DNA of 64,000 bases from Alkalispirochaeta sp. (GCA_965601925.1 OZ271854.1:2592001-2656000); one strand, 5' to 3'; counted from the stretch's first letter, positions 1-8,944 are shown. The notes: a model not told the origin generated them from the letters alone. Numbers and translations are program-made.

Positions 1-2
1 TG

Positions 3-866
3 GTGGAGCTCCGCGACGGCCGGCGCACCGAGGTAGATAGTTCGTTCGGCACCCTCGCCGATGCGGGGGCCGAGGAGCCGGAAAACGGCGTCTATCTCGT
101 CGCTCGTACGTATGAACGCGACAAAGTCCTCGAGTTGGATCGACACTTCGATCGTGTCGAGCGTTCGGCGGCTGAACTCGGGGTCGCGTTGCGGGTACCC
201 AGGCACCGTCTGCGACGCGAACTCTCCGCTATGTTGGAGACGCTACGCGGCGCCGAGGACGGGACCGTCGACGGTCGGTTTCGCGTTACGGCGGTACTCG
301 ACGACCGACCGTGGTATCGTCTCTCGGTGGAACGAGCCCACGCGGTTTCCGAGGAGATCATCGCCCGCGGCGCTGAGTGCGCGATAGTGCACGGGCTTAT
401 ACGCCGCCGAGCGCACGTTAAGAGTACGGCGTGGCTCGCCGGGCGACGTCGTCTATCGGCCGGGGCCGAGTTCCACAACGGAGGCCTCGGGCCGCCTTTC
501 GAGTATCTACTGGTCGACGCGGGCGGACGTATTTTGGAAGGGGCGAGCTCCAACTTCTACGCCGTCGTGGGAGATACGCTCTACACGGCCGCGGAGGGTA
601 TGTTGGAAGGCACCGTACGCCGTACCGTTTTGCAGGTCGCGGAGGCGATGGGGCCGGCGCTCACGGTCAAGATGGAACCTATTGCGGAGTCGGATCTCGA
701 CGATGGGACGGTCGACGAGGCGTTTCTTACGTCCTCAACACGCGGCGTCGTGCCGATCCGCAGTATCGGTCCCCATATACTTGGAGAGCCCGGGCCGTGG
801 ACCGGGCGCATCGCACAGGCGTACCGGCGTGAGCTTGTCGATCATTTGGAACCCCTGGTTCCGTAG
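3..866 (+). CDS. Class IV PLP aminotransferase (BCAT / D-amino-acid transaminase / ADC-lyase family), probably 5'-truncated by the window edge
   Basis: H..R..RSA, HVKST (PLP lysine), LEGASSNFY, L.GTVR, EAFLTSSTRGVVPI motifs. Confidence 0.85.
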   Translation: MELRDGRRTEVDSSFGTLADAGAEEPENGVYLVARTYERDKVLELDRHFDRVERSAAELGVALRVPRHRLRRELSAMLETLRGAEDGTVDGRFRVTAVLDDRPWYRLSVERAHAVSEEIIARGAECAIVHGLIRRRAHVKSTAWLAGRRRLSAGAEFHNGGLGPPFEYLLVDAGGRILEGASSNFYAVVGDTLYTAAEGMLEGTVRRTVLQVAEAMGPALTVKMEPIAESDLDDGTVDEAFLTSSTRGVVPIRSIGPHILGEPGPWTGRIAQAYRRELVDHLEPLVP

Positions 867-914
867 TACGTCGGTCCGCGGGCCGCGTTTCATCGCAACG
901 TGACAAATCAAGTC

Positions 915-943
915 TTGTCCGGACGCCTTCACTAAAGTATTAT
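915..943 (+). promoter_or_regulatory. Sigma70-like promoter of the EAL gene (probably leaderless)
   Basis: TTGTCC-N17-TATTAT ending 6 nt before the GTG at 950. Confidence 0.5.
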
Positions 944-949
944 TGCAGC

Positions 950-2017
950 GTGAGTTGCTACACTTGTGATATCATCTCCCGTATCGCACCCGGTACGCGC
1001 GCGACGATACATTTCAGCACAATGTTCGATTATTTTGCTGCCGAGGTGGCGACCGTTCTGGAAGACTACGGATTGGATGTGCGTCGCGAGCCGCCGTTTT
1101 TCAGTATCGTCACCGACAATGTCGGAGACACCCTCACGAGACTGTATCTCGACGACCGGTTCTGTCCCTCGGAGAGGAATACGATTAGCCTGGTGGTTCT
1201 CAGCGGGGATGACGCCTTTGATGAGACCACGAGGCAGTTCATGCGGCCCTTGGCGCAGTGGTATCGCATCGTGAGCGGCGCCGATCTTACTGAGATCATT
1301 GGGAAAAGGGCCCTTCGCGTGTTGTTCCAACCGATTATTCGGCTGAAAGAGCGCTCGGTGTTCGGATACGAATGTCTGTCGCAGGGTGTTCACCGCGACG
1401 GTACCGTCGTTCCTCACGGCAGCCTCTACGCGAAGGCCGCCGAACACAGCCTTCTGTTCAATTTGGATCGGGTGATGAGAGAAAACGCGTTGATCGAGGC
1501 GGAGCGGCACGGGGCGGAGGGACACCTATGCGTCGATTTCACGCCCAAGGCGATTTATGATCCCGAGTTTTGTCTCCATACGACGATGGCGGCGATCGAG
1601 TCGACCGCTATCGACCCCACACGAATCGTATTCGAAGTCATGGAATCGGGAACGCTTGAGGATATCGAGCTTGTTGAGCGCATCATCGCGTTCTGTAGGT
1701 CACGCGGACTCAAGATAGCGCTGGACGACGTCGGAGACAGTTATCCGTTGCTTCCGTCCATGGCCCGCCTACGACCGGATATCCTCAAGCTCGACGAGCG
1801 ACTCATTCGCGATATCGACCGCGATGGCGAGAAACAGGCGCGCTTCGCAACCCTCTGCGACCTCGCCCGGGATAACGACATTACTATCCTCGCCGAGGGC
1901 GTCGAGACGGCCGGAGAGATGACCTTCCTCACCGACCACGAGGTCGATTTGGTGCAAGGTTCTTATTTCTCCGAACCGCGGGAAGAGGCGCACTACGACG
2001 TCCCGGCGGGGCGTTAG
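950..2017 (+). CDS. EAL-domain protein (c-di-GMP phosphodiesterase family, partly degenerate)
   Basis: FQPI, GYECL, FEVMES, ALDDVG, LKLD, AEGVET, QGSYFSEP. Confidence 0.9.
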   Translation: MSCYTCDIISRIAPGTRATIHFSTMFDYFAAEVATVLEDYGLDVRREPPFFSIVTDNVGDTLTRLYLDDRFCPSERNTISLVVLSGDDAFDETTRQFMRPLAQWYRIVSGADLTEIIGKRALRVLFQPIIRLKERSVFGYECLSQGVHRDGTVVPHGSLYAKAAEHSLLFNLDRVMRENALIEAERHGAEGHLCVDFTPKAIYDPEFCLHTTMAAIESTAIDPTRIVFEVMESGTLEDIELVERIIAFCRSRGLKIALDDVGDSYPLLPSMARLRPDILKLDERLIRDIDRDGEKQARFATLCDLARDNDITILAEGVETAGEMTFLTDHEVDLVQGSYFSEPREEAHYDVPAGR

Positions 2018-2346
2018 CGGGTCATCTTCTTGTCCAGGATCTTATCGATTTCGATCTCTTAGGTGAGGAACCGACCGCTCGATGAGACGCTGTTGATAAT
2101 CCCCGGTACCGACGTACGACGTCCCGTCTCTCGCAAGTCGATTTTTATACGAGTGTGAGCGGAATGGCACGTTCCCCGGCGGCGTCGGTGAGTGCGGTGT
2201 TGTTCCCGTAACCGGTACAGGGACGTAGTCCGAGTAGTATACGACGAGCCCGTCGGTGGTCTCGCACCGATCGCTTCGACGTCGTGCTCACACTCCGTCC
2301 GGAGTGCCTTTCGCCGTCTCTGTCCCTTGTAACGGCCGAGACCCAA
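2014..2346 (-). pseudogene. Possible decayed small gene (PilZ-like relic)
   Basis: Frame with RRRKALR near the start and a beta-rich tail that continues past an in-frame TAA (SGRFLT*EIEIDKILDKKMTR*); middle section looks scrambled. Confidence 0.25.
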
Positions 2347-2489
2347 AAGCAGTTGATGAGCATGTGCCTCGCCGCCTCAACGGGAGGCCGCGAAGCGTCG
2401 GCCGGCACGCACTCGATGATGACCGTGCCGCCAACATCGACCTTTTTGAACCGATAGCCGGCCCGTATTGAGGACGGAGGAGCGCTTGA

Positions 2490-3209
2490 TCAATGGTGCG
2501 GTTTCGAAGTTCGCCTCTGCGCGGACGACGTATCGCCGTCGGCCTCCAGACCGGTGACCATGAACAGCTCCGCGAGAATCGTGGCGGTCGCGCCCCATAC
2601 GATATCGTCGCCCGCGAGATAACTCGGCGCCTCCAGTGTGTAGCCGCGGACGTGCACGGTGCGTGTGGCGCGGCTTGTCGCAAGGGTACGCAGCGGCGCG
2701 CGAAGTATTCGCAATACCTCCGAAGGTTGGGGCGAGAGCCGGTCCCAGAAGCTGCATTCGGTCGGCGCGTCGCGCCACGCCACCACCGGGGTAACGAGAA
2801 AGTTGCTCACGTCGATGTAGAGTGGACTCAGCGTGCCCAATACTTCGATTCCGCTTGCCGGGAGTCCGATCTCCTCGCGCGCTTCGCGGAGGGCCGTCGC
2901 CGCGGCGTCACGGTCGCCCGGCTCGTACCGGCCTCCGGGAAGGGAGATCTGAAGTGCGTGCGGCCCTCCGTCGTCCGTACGCTGAATGAGCGGAATCTCC
3001 GGAGTGCCGTCGGTGAACGACGGCACAAGAAGGATGAGAACGGCGCTACACCGGGGCTCGACCCCATGTCGAGGAGAAATGTCGCGCCCGGCAACCCTCG
3101 GCACCATACGACGGTGCGCCCGTTCCCCGGGAAGGGGCGCGCGGAGTATCTCGGCGAGCGCATCGGGACGCAATGTATCTACCGCGTCCGCGTACCGGTT
3201 TTCATCCAT
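2490..3209 (-). CDS. Nudix hydrolase, CoA pyrophosphatase (NudL-like)
   Basis: SAVLILL, H..QISLPGG, Nudix box GG.....D....ATALREAREEIG, VWGATA. Confidence 0.9.
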   Translation of the reverse strand: MDENRYADAVDTLRPDALAEILRAPLPGERAHRRMVPRVAGRDISPRHGVEPRCSAVLILLVPSFTDGTPEIPLIQRTDDGGPHALQISLPGGRYEPGDRDAAATALREAREEIGLPASGIEVLGTLSPLYIDVSNFLVTPVVAWRDAPTECSFWDRLSPQPSEVLRILRAPLRTLATSRATRTVHVRGYTLEAPSYLAGDDIVWGATATILAELFMVTGLEADGDTSSAQRRTSKPHH

Positions 3210-3297
3210 CGGGAGACCGTACCACGATCGCGGCGGCGACGGCGAGCTTCCACCGCCCGACATGTCGGCACCGCGGCGTCGATGCGTTCGTCCCACC

Positions 3298-4218
3298 TCA
3301 GCGGCCCGTGTGCTTCAAGAAGTCCCCCCGTTGCAACTCCTCAAAGGCTTGGCGCAGTTCCTCTTGCGTATTCATGACGATCGGGCCGTGCCACGCCACC
3401 GGTTCTCGGAGGGGCTCTCCGGATATCAGGAGAAATCGTATGCCCTCTTCTCCCGCGCGAACGCGAATCTCGTCGCCGGTATCGAAGAGTACAAGGGTGC
3501 GATTCTCAGCCGGGTGGGCGGGCATTGCGTCGGTAGTACCGGACTCGTCGACGTACTCGGTCGGAGCGAGGCGCGGCGAGGAGGCGCCGCGAAAGGTGCC
3601 CGATCCGGCAAAGACGTAGGCGAATGCGTTACGGTTGGTCTCTACCCGGATCGTGCGCTCGCGGTGGGGCGGGACCGAAATGTCGAGATATCGCGGGTTG
3701 GCCGCGATTCCCTCGACCGGGCCCACCTTGCCCCAGAACTCTCCGGTCACGACGCGCACTCGCGTTCCATCGTCCTCGGTCACCTCGGGAATTTCGCCGG
3801 CGGGGATGTCCTGGTAGCGCGGGTTCACCATCTTCTTGTCCGCCGGAAGGTTGGCCCACAACTGGAAGCCGTGCATTCGCCCCGCCGTATCGCCCCGGGG
3901 CATCTCCTGATGAACGATGCCGCTTCCGGCGGTCATCCACTGGACGTCCCCGGAACCCAGCGAGCCGCGATTGCCGAGACTGTCGCCGTGCTCGACCGTG
4001 CCTGCCAGGACGTAGGTGATGGTCTCGATACCGCGGTGAGGATGCCAGGGAAAGCCGTTGATGTATCGCGCGGGATCGTCGTTGCGAAAGTCGTCGAACA
4101 GGAGAAAGGGGTCGGTCTCGCTCGAATCGCCGAACCCGAACGCCCTGTGGAGGCTCACCCCGGCTCCTTCGATCGTGGGGCTTGCGCTCACTTGCCGTCT
4201 AACGGGACGCATCGACAT
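3298..4218 (-). CDS. Pirin family protein
   Basis: DPFLLFD, GFPWHPHRGIETITY, QWMTAGSGIVHQE, GPIVMNT; RBS AAGGAGG. Confidence 0.95.
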   Translation of the reverse strand: MSMRPVRRQVSASPTIEGAGVSLHRAFGFGDSSETDPFLLFDDFRNDDPARYINGFPWHPHRGIETITYVLAGTVEHGDSLGNRGSLGSGDVQWMTAGSGIVHQEMPRGDTAGRMHGFQLWANLPADKKMVNPRYQDIPAGEIPEVTEDDGTRVRVVTGEFWGKVGPVEGIAANPRYLDISVPPHRERTIRVETNRNAFAYVFAGSGTFRGASSPRLAPTEYVDESGTTDAMPAHPAENRTLVLFDTGDEIRVRAGEEGIRFLLISGEPLREPVAWHGPIVMNTQEELRQAFEELQRGDFLKHTGR

Positions 4219-4250
4219 ATGCTCCTCCTTGGAACGCTGGTGCATATCTC

Positions 4251-4264
4251 GTTCAATGTTGAAC
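4251..4264. promoter_or_regulatory. Palindromic operator candidate upstream of pirin
   Basis: GTTCAA-TG-TTGAAC inverted repeat about 33 nt upstream of the start codon. Confidence 0.45.
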
Positions 4265-4393
4265 TAAAGATCGTAAAATAGTGCGCCGCCGTCAAGCAGA
4301 TACGACCAGATCGTCTGTCATACCATTAGATCCGACAACTATCGCGGGTGAGTGACGTCGGTGCGCGGTTTGTAGAGTATCGGCGCGCCGCCT

Positions 4394-4693
4394 TCAACGG
4401 CGGTAGGACGCGATTACGGTGTAGCCGTCGACCGAGGAGTCGTAGAAGCGCCGCTTCACCTCGATGTATGCTGCATCGCTGAAGAACGATGTGCTCGCTT
4501 CCTCGTCCGAGAAGTATATGGCGAACAGACGGTTCACGGGGTGCGACGACTCGTTGGTGTATGTCCGGCTTACCTCGAAATCGTATCTGAATCCGCCACC
4601 GTATTTCTCAAGGATCGGTCGCATTTCGCGTCGATAGCTCGCATACACTTCGGGGTCGGTAACGTTCATGGCCACGACCATTTCATATGCCAT
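4394..4693 (-). CDS. DUF1330-family small protein
   Basis: VTDPEVYASY...ILEKYGG.F, F...E.....FFSD..Y...K pattern; RBS GGGGAG. Confidence 0.8.
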   Translation of the reverse strand: MAYEMVVAMNVTDPEVYASYRREMRPILEKYGGGFRYDFEVSRTYTNESSHPVNRLFAIYFSDEEASTSFFSDAAYIEVKRRFYDSSVDGYTVIASYRR

Positions 4694-4754
4694 TATCACT
4701 CCCCTTGGCGGTTTACGGTTCGCTCTTTCTTCACCTAAGCGTGTTTCAAGTATC

Positions 4755-4952
4755 TCTCGGTATTTCCTCCGGAGATACCCGGGACGGCTGCGCACGCTCT
4801 CGCTGTTTCTGGCAAAACAGCTGTCGCATGCTTGCGTTTCGGTATTTCCTCCGGAAATACCCCGGACCGTGGCGATCGCTTTCGCTGTTTCTGTAGAAAC
4901 AGCTGTCGCGATCTGGGGTTTCCGGGTATTTGCTTCGCAAATACCCCGGACC
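4755..4952 (-). repeat. tRNA-linked tandem repeat: two ~83-nt units plus a partial third, each with nested hairpins
   Basis: GGTATTT at 4759/4841/4925; copies of the tRNA 3' end at 4776, 4858 and 4942; shared GCTGTTTCT..AAACAGCTGTCGC core. Confidence 0.85.
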
Positions 4953-5015
4953 CGATTCGAACGGGTGACCTACTGCTTAGGAGGCAGTTGCTCTATCCTG
5001 CTGAGCTACCGGGGC
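4942..5015 (-). tRNA. tRNA-Arg (anticodon CCT), CCA not encoded
   Basis: GCCCCGG/CCGGGGT acceptor stem, TAGCTCAG D arm, ACTGC-CTCCTAA-GCAGT anticodon arm, GTTCGAATC T loop. Confidence 0.97.
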
Positions 5016-5059
5016 GTTGGTGCCGAGGCGCGTGTACGCACGATCATCTCGGTGGGGGA

Positions 5060-5088
5060 AGTGTAGGGGGCGTGCCGACGACTGTCAA
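5060..5088 (-). promoter_or_regulatory. Sigma70 promoter of tRNA-Arg
   Basis: TTGACA-N17-TACACT on the minus strand. Confidence 0.8.
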
Positions 5089-5166
5089 TCTCGCCCGTGA
5101 ATATCGAATTCTCATTACCCAGGTGTTACACTTTAGCTCGTGTTGCGTAGCCTGAGGAGGTTTACG

Positions 5167-6180
5167 ATGAAAAGAAAAGTATGTATTGCAATGGCGGCGA
5201 TCGCCCTTGTCGCGACCGCGCACGTCTCGGCGCAGTCGACGATTAACAGCTTGGAGTCGTTTCGGGACGGGTTCCAGGATTTTTCCGATGAGTTTGCCCG
5301 CTCCCTGCCGATGAACGCCAACATCGGACTCAATTGGTCCGACGCGTATATCGGGCAGCTTTTTCCGATACCTAGTTTCGGTGTCGGCGTTACCACCGGC
5401 GTTACCACCATTCCGTCGTCGGTCTTCGACGATCTCGCCGACGATCTGGGTATCACCGTCTCCGGTGGTATCGACGATCTGCCGTCTATCGGTGTGCCGC
5501 TGCCGGGATACTCCTTCGAGGCGCGCGTGGGCGGAATCGTTTTCCCCTTCGATGTGGGGTTCAAGTTCGGCACGATCGGAGCTATCGATCTCGGAGACGT
5601 CGAGGCGGAGTATACGAACTTCGGTATCGACGTGCGCTACGCCGTGCTGGACGGGGGCATCTTGCCCAAGGTGTCGGTCGGCGTCGGCTATAGCTATTTG
5701 GCGGGGCGCGTGGCCACCCCCCTCGGCGCCGGTACCACGACGATCGAGGGCGTCTCCGACGGTACCGACACCTACAATCTCCAGCTGAGCGACCCGGAGT
5801 TGGAGTTCGACTGGACCTCCAACGTCTTCGACTTCACCGTGCAGGCGAGCAAAAGCTTTCTCGTCGTCGAGCCCCACATCGGTATCGGGGCGGCGATCGG
5901 CGCCTCCTCGACCGACTCCGGGCTTAGCTCCGAGGTCTCCGTCGTCGATGAAAACGGCGATCCGGTCGCCGGCGTATCGGTGAACGATATCGAGTCGATC
6001 TCGGGTGTCGACATCTCGTCGACCGGGGTCAGCCTCGGCAGCGATGTGACGACCTTTTCGGTGCGCGTCTTCGGGGGAACGTCGTTCAACATCACCGTGT
6101 TTCGACTCGACCTCGGCCTCATGTACAACTTCACTTCAGGTTCCATGGGCGGCACGCTCGGCGCGCGCTTCCAGATATAG
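5167..6180 (+). CDS. Exported protein, probable outer-membrane beta-barrel
   Basis: RBS GAGGAGG, Sec signal (VSA|QS), alternating amphipathic strands, C-terminal GARFQI. Confidence 0.65.
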   Translation: MKRKVCIAMAAIALVATAHVSAQSTINSLESFRDGFQDFSDEFARSLPMNANIGLNWSDAYIGQLFPIPSFGVGVTTGVTTIPSSVFDDLADDLGITVSGGIDDLPSIGVPLPGYSFEARVGGIVFPFDVGFKFGTIGAIDLGDVEAEYTNFGIDVRYAVLDGGILPKVSVGVGYSYLAGRVATPLGAGTTTIEGVSDGTDTYNLQLSDPELEFDWTSNVFDFTVQASKSFLVVEPHIGIGAAIGASSTDSGLSSEVSVVDENGDPVAGVSVNDIESISGVDISSTGVSLGSDVTTFSVRVFGGTSFNITVFRLDLGLMYNFTSGSMGGTLGARFQI

Positions 6181-6261
6181 CGCGTTTCATCCTCCGGGGA
6201 GCGTAGCGTCGAGCGCTGCGCTCCCCTTGCCACGCGACGCGCCCGAAGCGACAATACGACC

Positions 6262-6762
6262 ATGATACGGCTTCTCATCACCGGCGGGACATTCGACAAG
6301 CACTACGATGCACTCAAAGGGGAGCTCACCTTCCAACGGACTCACCTTCCCGAGATTCTGGAGACGGTTCGCTGCACCGTGCCGATCGAGCTTGAAATCA
6401 TTCAATTGCTGGACAGTCTGGAGATGGGCGAGGACGATCGAGAGCGGATCGTTGCATCGTGTGAGCGCGCCCGAGAGCGGCATATTCTCATTACCCACGG
6501 CACCGATACCATGACCGTTACCGCCCGCCGGCTGCTCGCCGCCCACGACAAGGGCACGTTGGGCGAGAAGGCGATCGTGTTAACCGGCGCGATGGTGCCG
6601 TTCACCGTCACCGGATCGGACGCCCTCTTTAACCTCGGCGCGGCGATCCTAGCCGTCCAGATGCTCTCGGCAGGTGTGTATATCGTCATGCACGGGCGCC
6701 TCTTTCACGCCGGCTCCGTTACCAAGGATCGCGCCGTCGGACAGTTCGTAGAGACCGCCTAA
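6262..6762 (+). CDS. Short asparaginase-domain protein (N-terminal domain only)
   Basis: TGGTFDK and THGTDTM motifs, VLTGAM.P, SDALFNLG. Confidence 0.9.
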   Translation: MIRLLITGGTFDKHYDALKGELTFQRTHLPEILETVRCTVPIELEIIQLLDSLEMGEDDRERIVASCERARERHILITHGTDTMTVTARRLLAAHDKGTLGEKAIVLTGAMVPFTVTGSDALFNLGAAILAVQMLSAGVYIVMHGRLFHAGSVTKDRAVGQFVETA

Positions 6763-6806
6763 CCCGTCACACGTACCACCAATCGAACATTTCCACGTGA
6801 ATCTCC

Positions 6807-6862
6807 TTGACGCGTATCGATTGCTGCGTTATTGTATCAGTGTACTACTTAGATAGTACACT
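6807..6862 (+). promoter_or_regulatory. Sigma70 promoter plus YtrA/GntR-type operator
   Basis: TTGACG-N17-TATTGT (6807-6835) then AGTGTACTA-N6-TAGTACACT (6839-6862). Confidence 0.75.
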
Positions 6863-6889
6863 AGTTAAATGAATATGAGGAGGTACGGA

Positions 6890-7750
6890 ATGGTACGATT
6901 GACGGATGTGCATTTTGCCTATCCGAAAAAGAAGCCGCTGTTCGACGCGGTCACGTTCGACGTCCAACGGGGCGGTATCGTCGGACTGCTCGGTAAAAAC
7001 GGCGCCGGCAAAACGACGCTTCTCAAGCTGAGTGCCGGTCTGCTCTTTGCTCAGGACGGTACGGCGACGCTCTTCGACGTCCCTGCCGAGCGTCGCCTCC
7101 CGTCGGTGTTGAGTCGCATCGCCTTTGTGCCGGAACAGTTCGACGTCCCGTCGATACGTATGCGAAGCTACATTCAAAGTCTGGCGGGGTATTATCCGCG
7201 GTTCGACGAGCAGTTTATGGAGCGCTGCCTGCAGCGTTTCGAGATTGTCGGGAGCGAACGGTTGAACGAACTCTCCCACGGCCAGCAGAAGAAGGTCCTG
7301 CTCTCGTTCGCGCTGGCGACCATGGCGGAGTTGGTGATCCTCGACGAGCCGACGAACGGGCTCGATATTCCCTCGAAGCGAATCTTCCGCCAGTTAACCG
7401 CCGAGGCGGCCGGCGACGATCGCGCGGTCATCATCTCCACCCACCAGGTGCGGGATGTCGAGAATCTCATCGATCCGATCGTCGTCCTTGACGACGGAAA
7501 GGTCGTCTTCCAAGCCGGTATGGGGCAGATTCAAGACTCGGTTGAGATGCGACGGTTCGATACCGAGGTGGCCGCCGCTCATGCCGGCGCCTTTGCCATG
7601 GATACGCACCTGGGTAGCTCGATCGCCCTCGTGCGTAGGGACGTCGACGAGGGAGAACCGGTGGGCGGCAATTTGGACCTGGAGTTGCTTTTTCAAGCGG
7701 CCGTCTCCAACCCCGAGGCGCTCGGAAGTGCGTGCGGAGGAGCGGTATGA
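6890..7750 (+). CDS. ABC transporter ATP-binding protein (YtrB/ABC-2 type)
   Basis: GKNGAGKTT, LSHGQ, ILDEPT, STH; RBS GAGGAGG. Confidence 0.95.
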   Translation: MVRLTDVHFAYPKKKPLFDAVTFDVQRGGIVGLLGKNGAGKTTLLKLSAGLLFAQDGTATLFDVPAERRLPSVLSRIAFVPEQFDVPSIRMRSYIQSLAGYYPRFDEQFMERCLQRFEIVGSERLNELSHGQQKKVLLSFALATMAELVILDEPTNGLDIPSKRIFRQLTAEAAGDDRAVIISTHQVRDVENLIDPIVVLDDGKVVFQAGMGQIQDSVEMRRFDTEVAAAHAGAFAMDTHLGSSIALVRRDVDEGEPVGGNLDLELLFQAAVSNPEALGSACGGAV

Positions 7751-8571
7751 ATCGATTTGTCCATACGGTGCGGCACGAAGGGTCGTTGCAGTTTCGCAAT
7801 ATTCTCATCAGCTCTTCGGCCGTCGCCGGAACGATGATGCTGATCGCGCTCTTGGGGCTGCTGGGCGATGTCGAGGTGGCCAACCTGTGGCCCGGATACC
7901 GGGTAGCTATGCCGATCTTGGGGGTGCTGCTTACCTCCGGAACGTTCAGCGAGTTGCGCTCCCAGGGCCACAAAATCGAGTTCCTGTTGCGGCCGGCCAC
8001 GGTGTGGGAGAAGGTGGCGAGTAAGCTGTTGGTCTCTACCGTTTTTGTGTGGGTCGTGGTGACGCTGGCGTTCGTGCTCGCTTCAACCGTCGCCGCCGTC
8101 GCCTATCTGGTCGTCGCCCGCGGAGCTACCGTGGCGGAAGCCTTCTACGGCGCCTTTGCCGGCGGCCGTTGGTTTGCAGTCGTATGGGAGACCTTTCGGA
8201 GTTATCTCCCGGCGCATGCGATCTTCTTCTTCGGGTCGGCGTACTTTCAGAGGCGCTCGGCGGGACGGACGCTCCTGTCGGTGGTTGCGTGGGTCGGAAG
8301 CTACGCGGTTGCCGCGATCGTGACCGTACGAATCGCCTTCAACCGTTACTTCGGCTACGTCAATATGGATAACTCGGGCCCTCCGCCGCACGGCGAGTGG
8401 GGGTTCGATCTGGAGCTCCACAACGGGTTCGGGAGGAGCGACACGTTGTGGCACGAGGTTCTTCCGTGGTACGTACGCGACCCGGATGCTACGATGGTCG
8501 TCGTTTCGATAATCGTGGTAGCGGCGTTTTGGCTGCTCACCGTGCTCCGGTTGCGTGAGACGGAGGGATAA
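7747..8571 (+). CDS. ABC-2 type permease
   Basis: About 6 hydrophobic segments, L.PA...EK..SK motif, ATGA coupling to the ATPase. Confidence 0.8.
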   Translation: MNRFVHTVRHEGSLQFRNILISSSAVAGTMMLIALLGLLGDVEVANLWPGYRVAMPILGVLLTSGTFSELRSQGHKIEFLLRPATVWEKVASKLLVSTVFVWVVVTLAFVLASTVAAVAYLVVARGATVAEAFYGAFAGGRWFAVVWETFRSYLPAHAIFFFGSAYFQRRSAGRTLLSVVAWVGSYAVAAIVTVRIAFNRYFGYVNMDNSGPPPHGEWGFDLELHNGFGRSDTLWHEVLPWYVRDPDATMVVVSIIVVAAFWLLTVLRLRETEG

Positions 8572-8572
8572 G

Positions 8573-8944
8573 ATGCGGTTCGACAGCAACCGATCGATCT
8601 ACGAGCAGATTGTAGATTACATCAAAAACCAGATTCTCGTCGGCCACTGGTCGCCGGGAGATCGCCTTCCGTCGGTCCGGGAGCTCGCCGTAGAGCTCGG
8701 CGTCAACCCCAATACCGTGCAACGCAGCTATACGCTGCTTCAAAGCGAGACGGTCGTCTTTAACCAACGCGGCGTCGGGTACTTCGTCGCCGACGACGGA
8801 CCGCATCGCGCCCGCGAGGGGCGACGGCGGCACTTTGAAGCGGAGACGCTTCCGCGCGTGTTCGAGACGATGCACGTCATCGGCTACAGCATGTCCGAGT
8901 TGGAGAGCGCCTGGGAGAAGTGGGAGAAGGGAGCCCAACGATGA
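8573..8944 (+). CDS. GntR family regulator, YtrA subfamily
   Basis: IYEQI, GDRLPSVRELA..LGVNPNTVQRSY, RGVG.FV, short C-terminal domain. Confidence 0.95.
   Translation: MRFDSNRSIYEQIVDYIKNQILVGHWSPGDRLPSVRELAVELGVNPNTVQRSYTLLQSETVVFNQRGVGYFVADDGPHRAREGRRRHFEAETLPRVFETMHVIGYSMSELESAWEKWEKGAQR

Noticed and set aside
2986..4281. 431-aa plus-strand ORF, and similar long antisense ORFs (9359-10660, 21985-23454, 27007-28437, 38982-40292, 56574-57905)
   Set aside because: Shadow frames opposite well-supported genes, expected in GC-rich DNA; no recognisable motifs
4394..4942. Genomic island integrated at tRNA-Arg
   Set aside because: No integrase in the window; the tRNA-end copies are only ~83 nt apart and I did not notice a distant att copy
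4755..4952. CRISPR array
   Set aside because: Only about 2.5 units, the would-be spacers resemble each other, the repeat includes the tRNA 3' end, and no cas genes are present
6262..6762. Truncated asparaginase pseudogene
   Set aside because: Both catalytic Thr motifs, a promoter and a clean stop are present; single-domain short asparaginases are a known form
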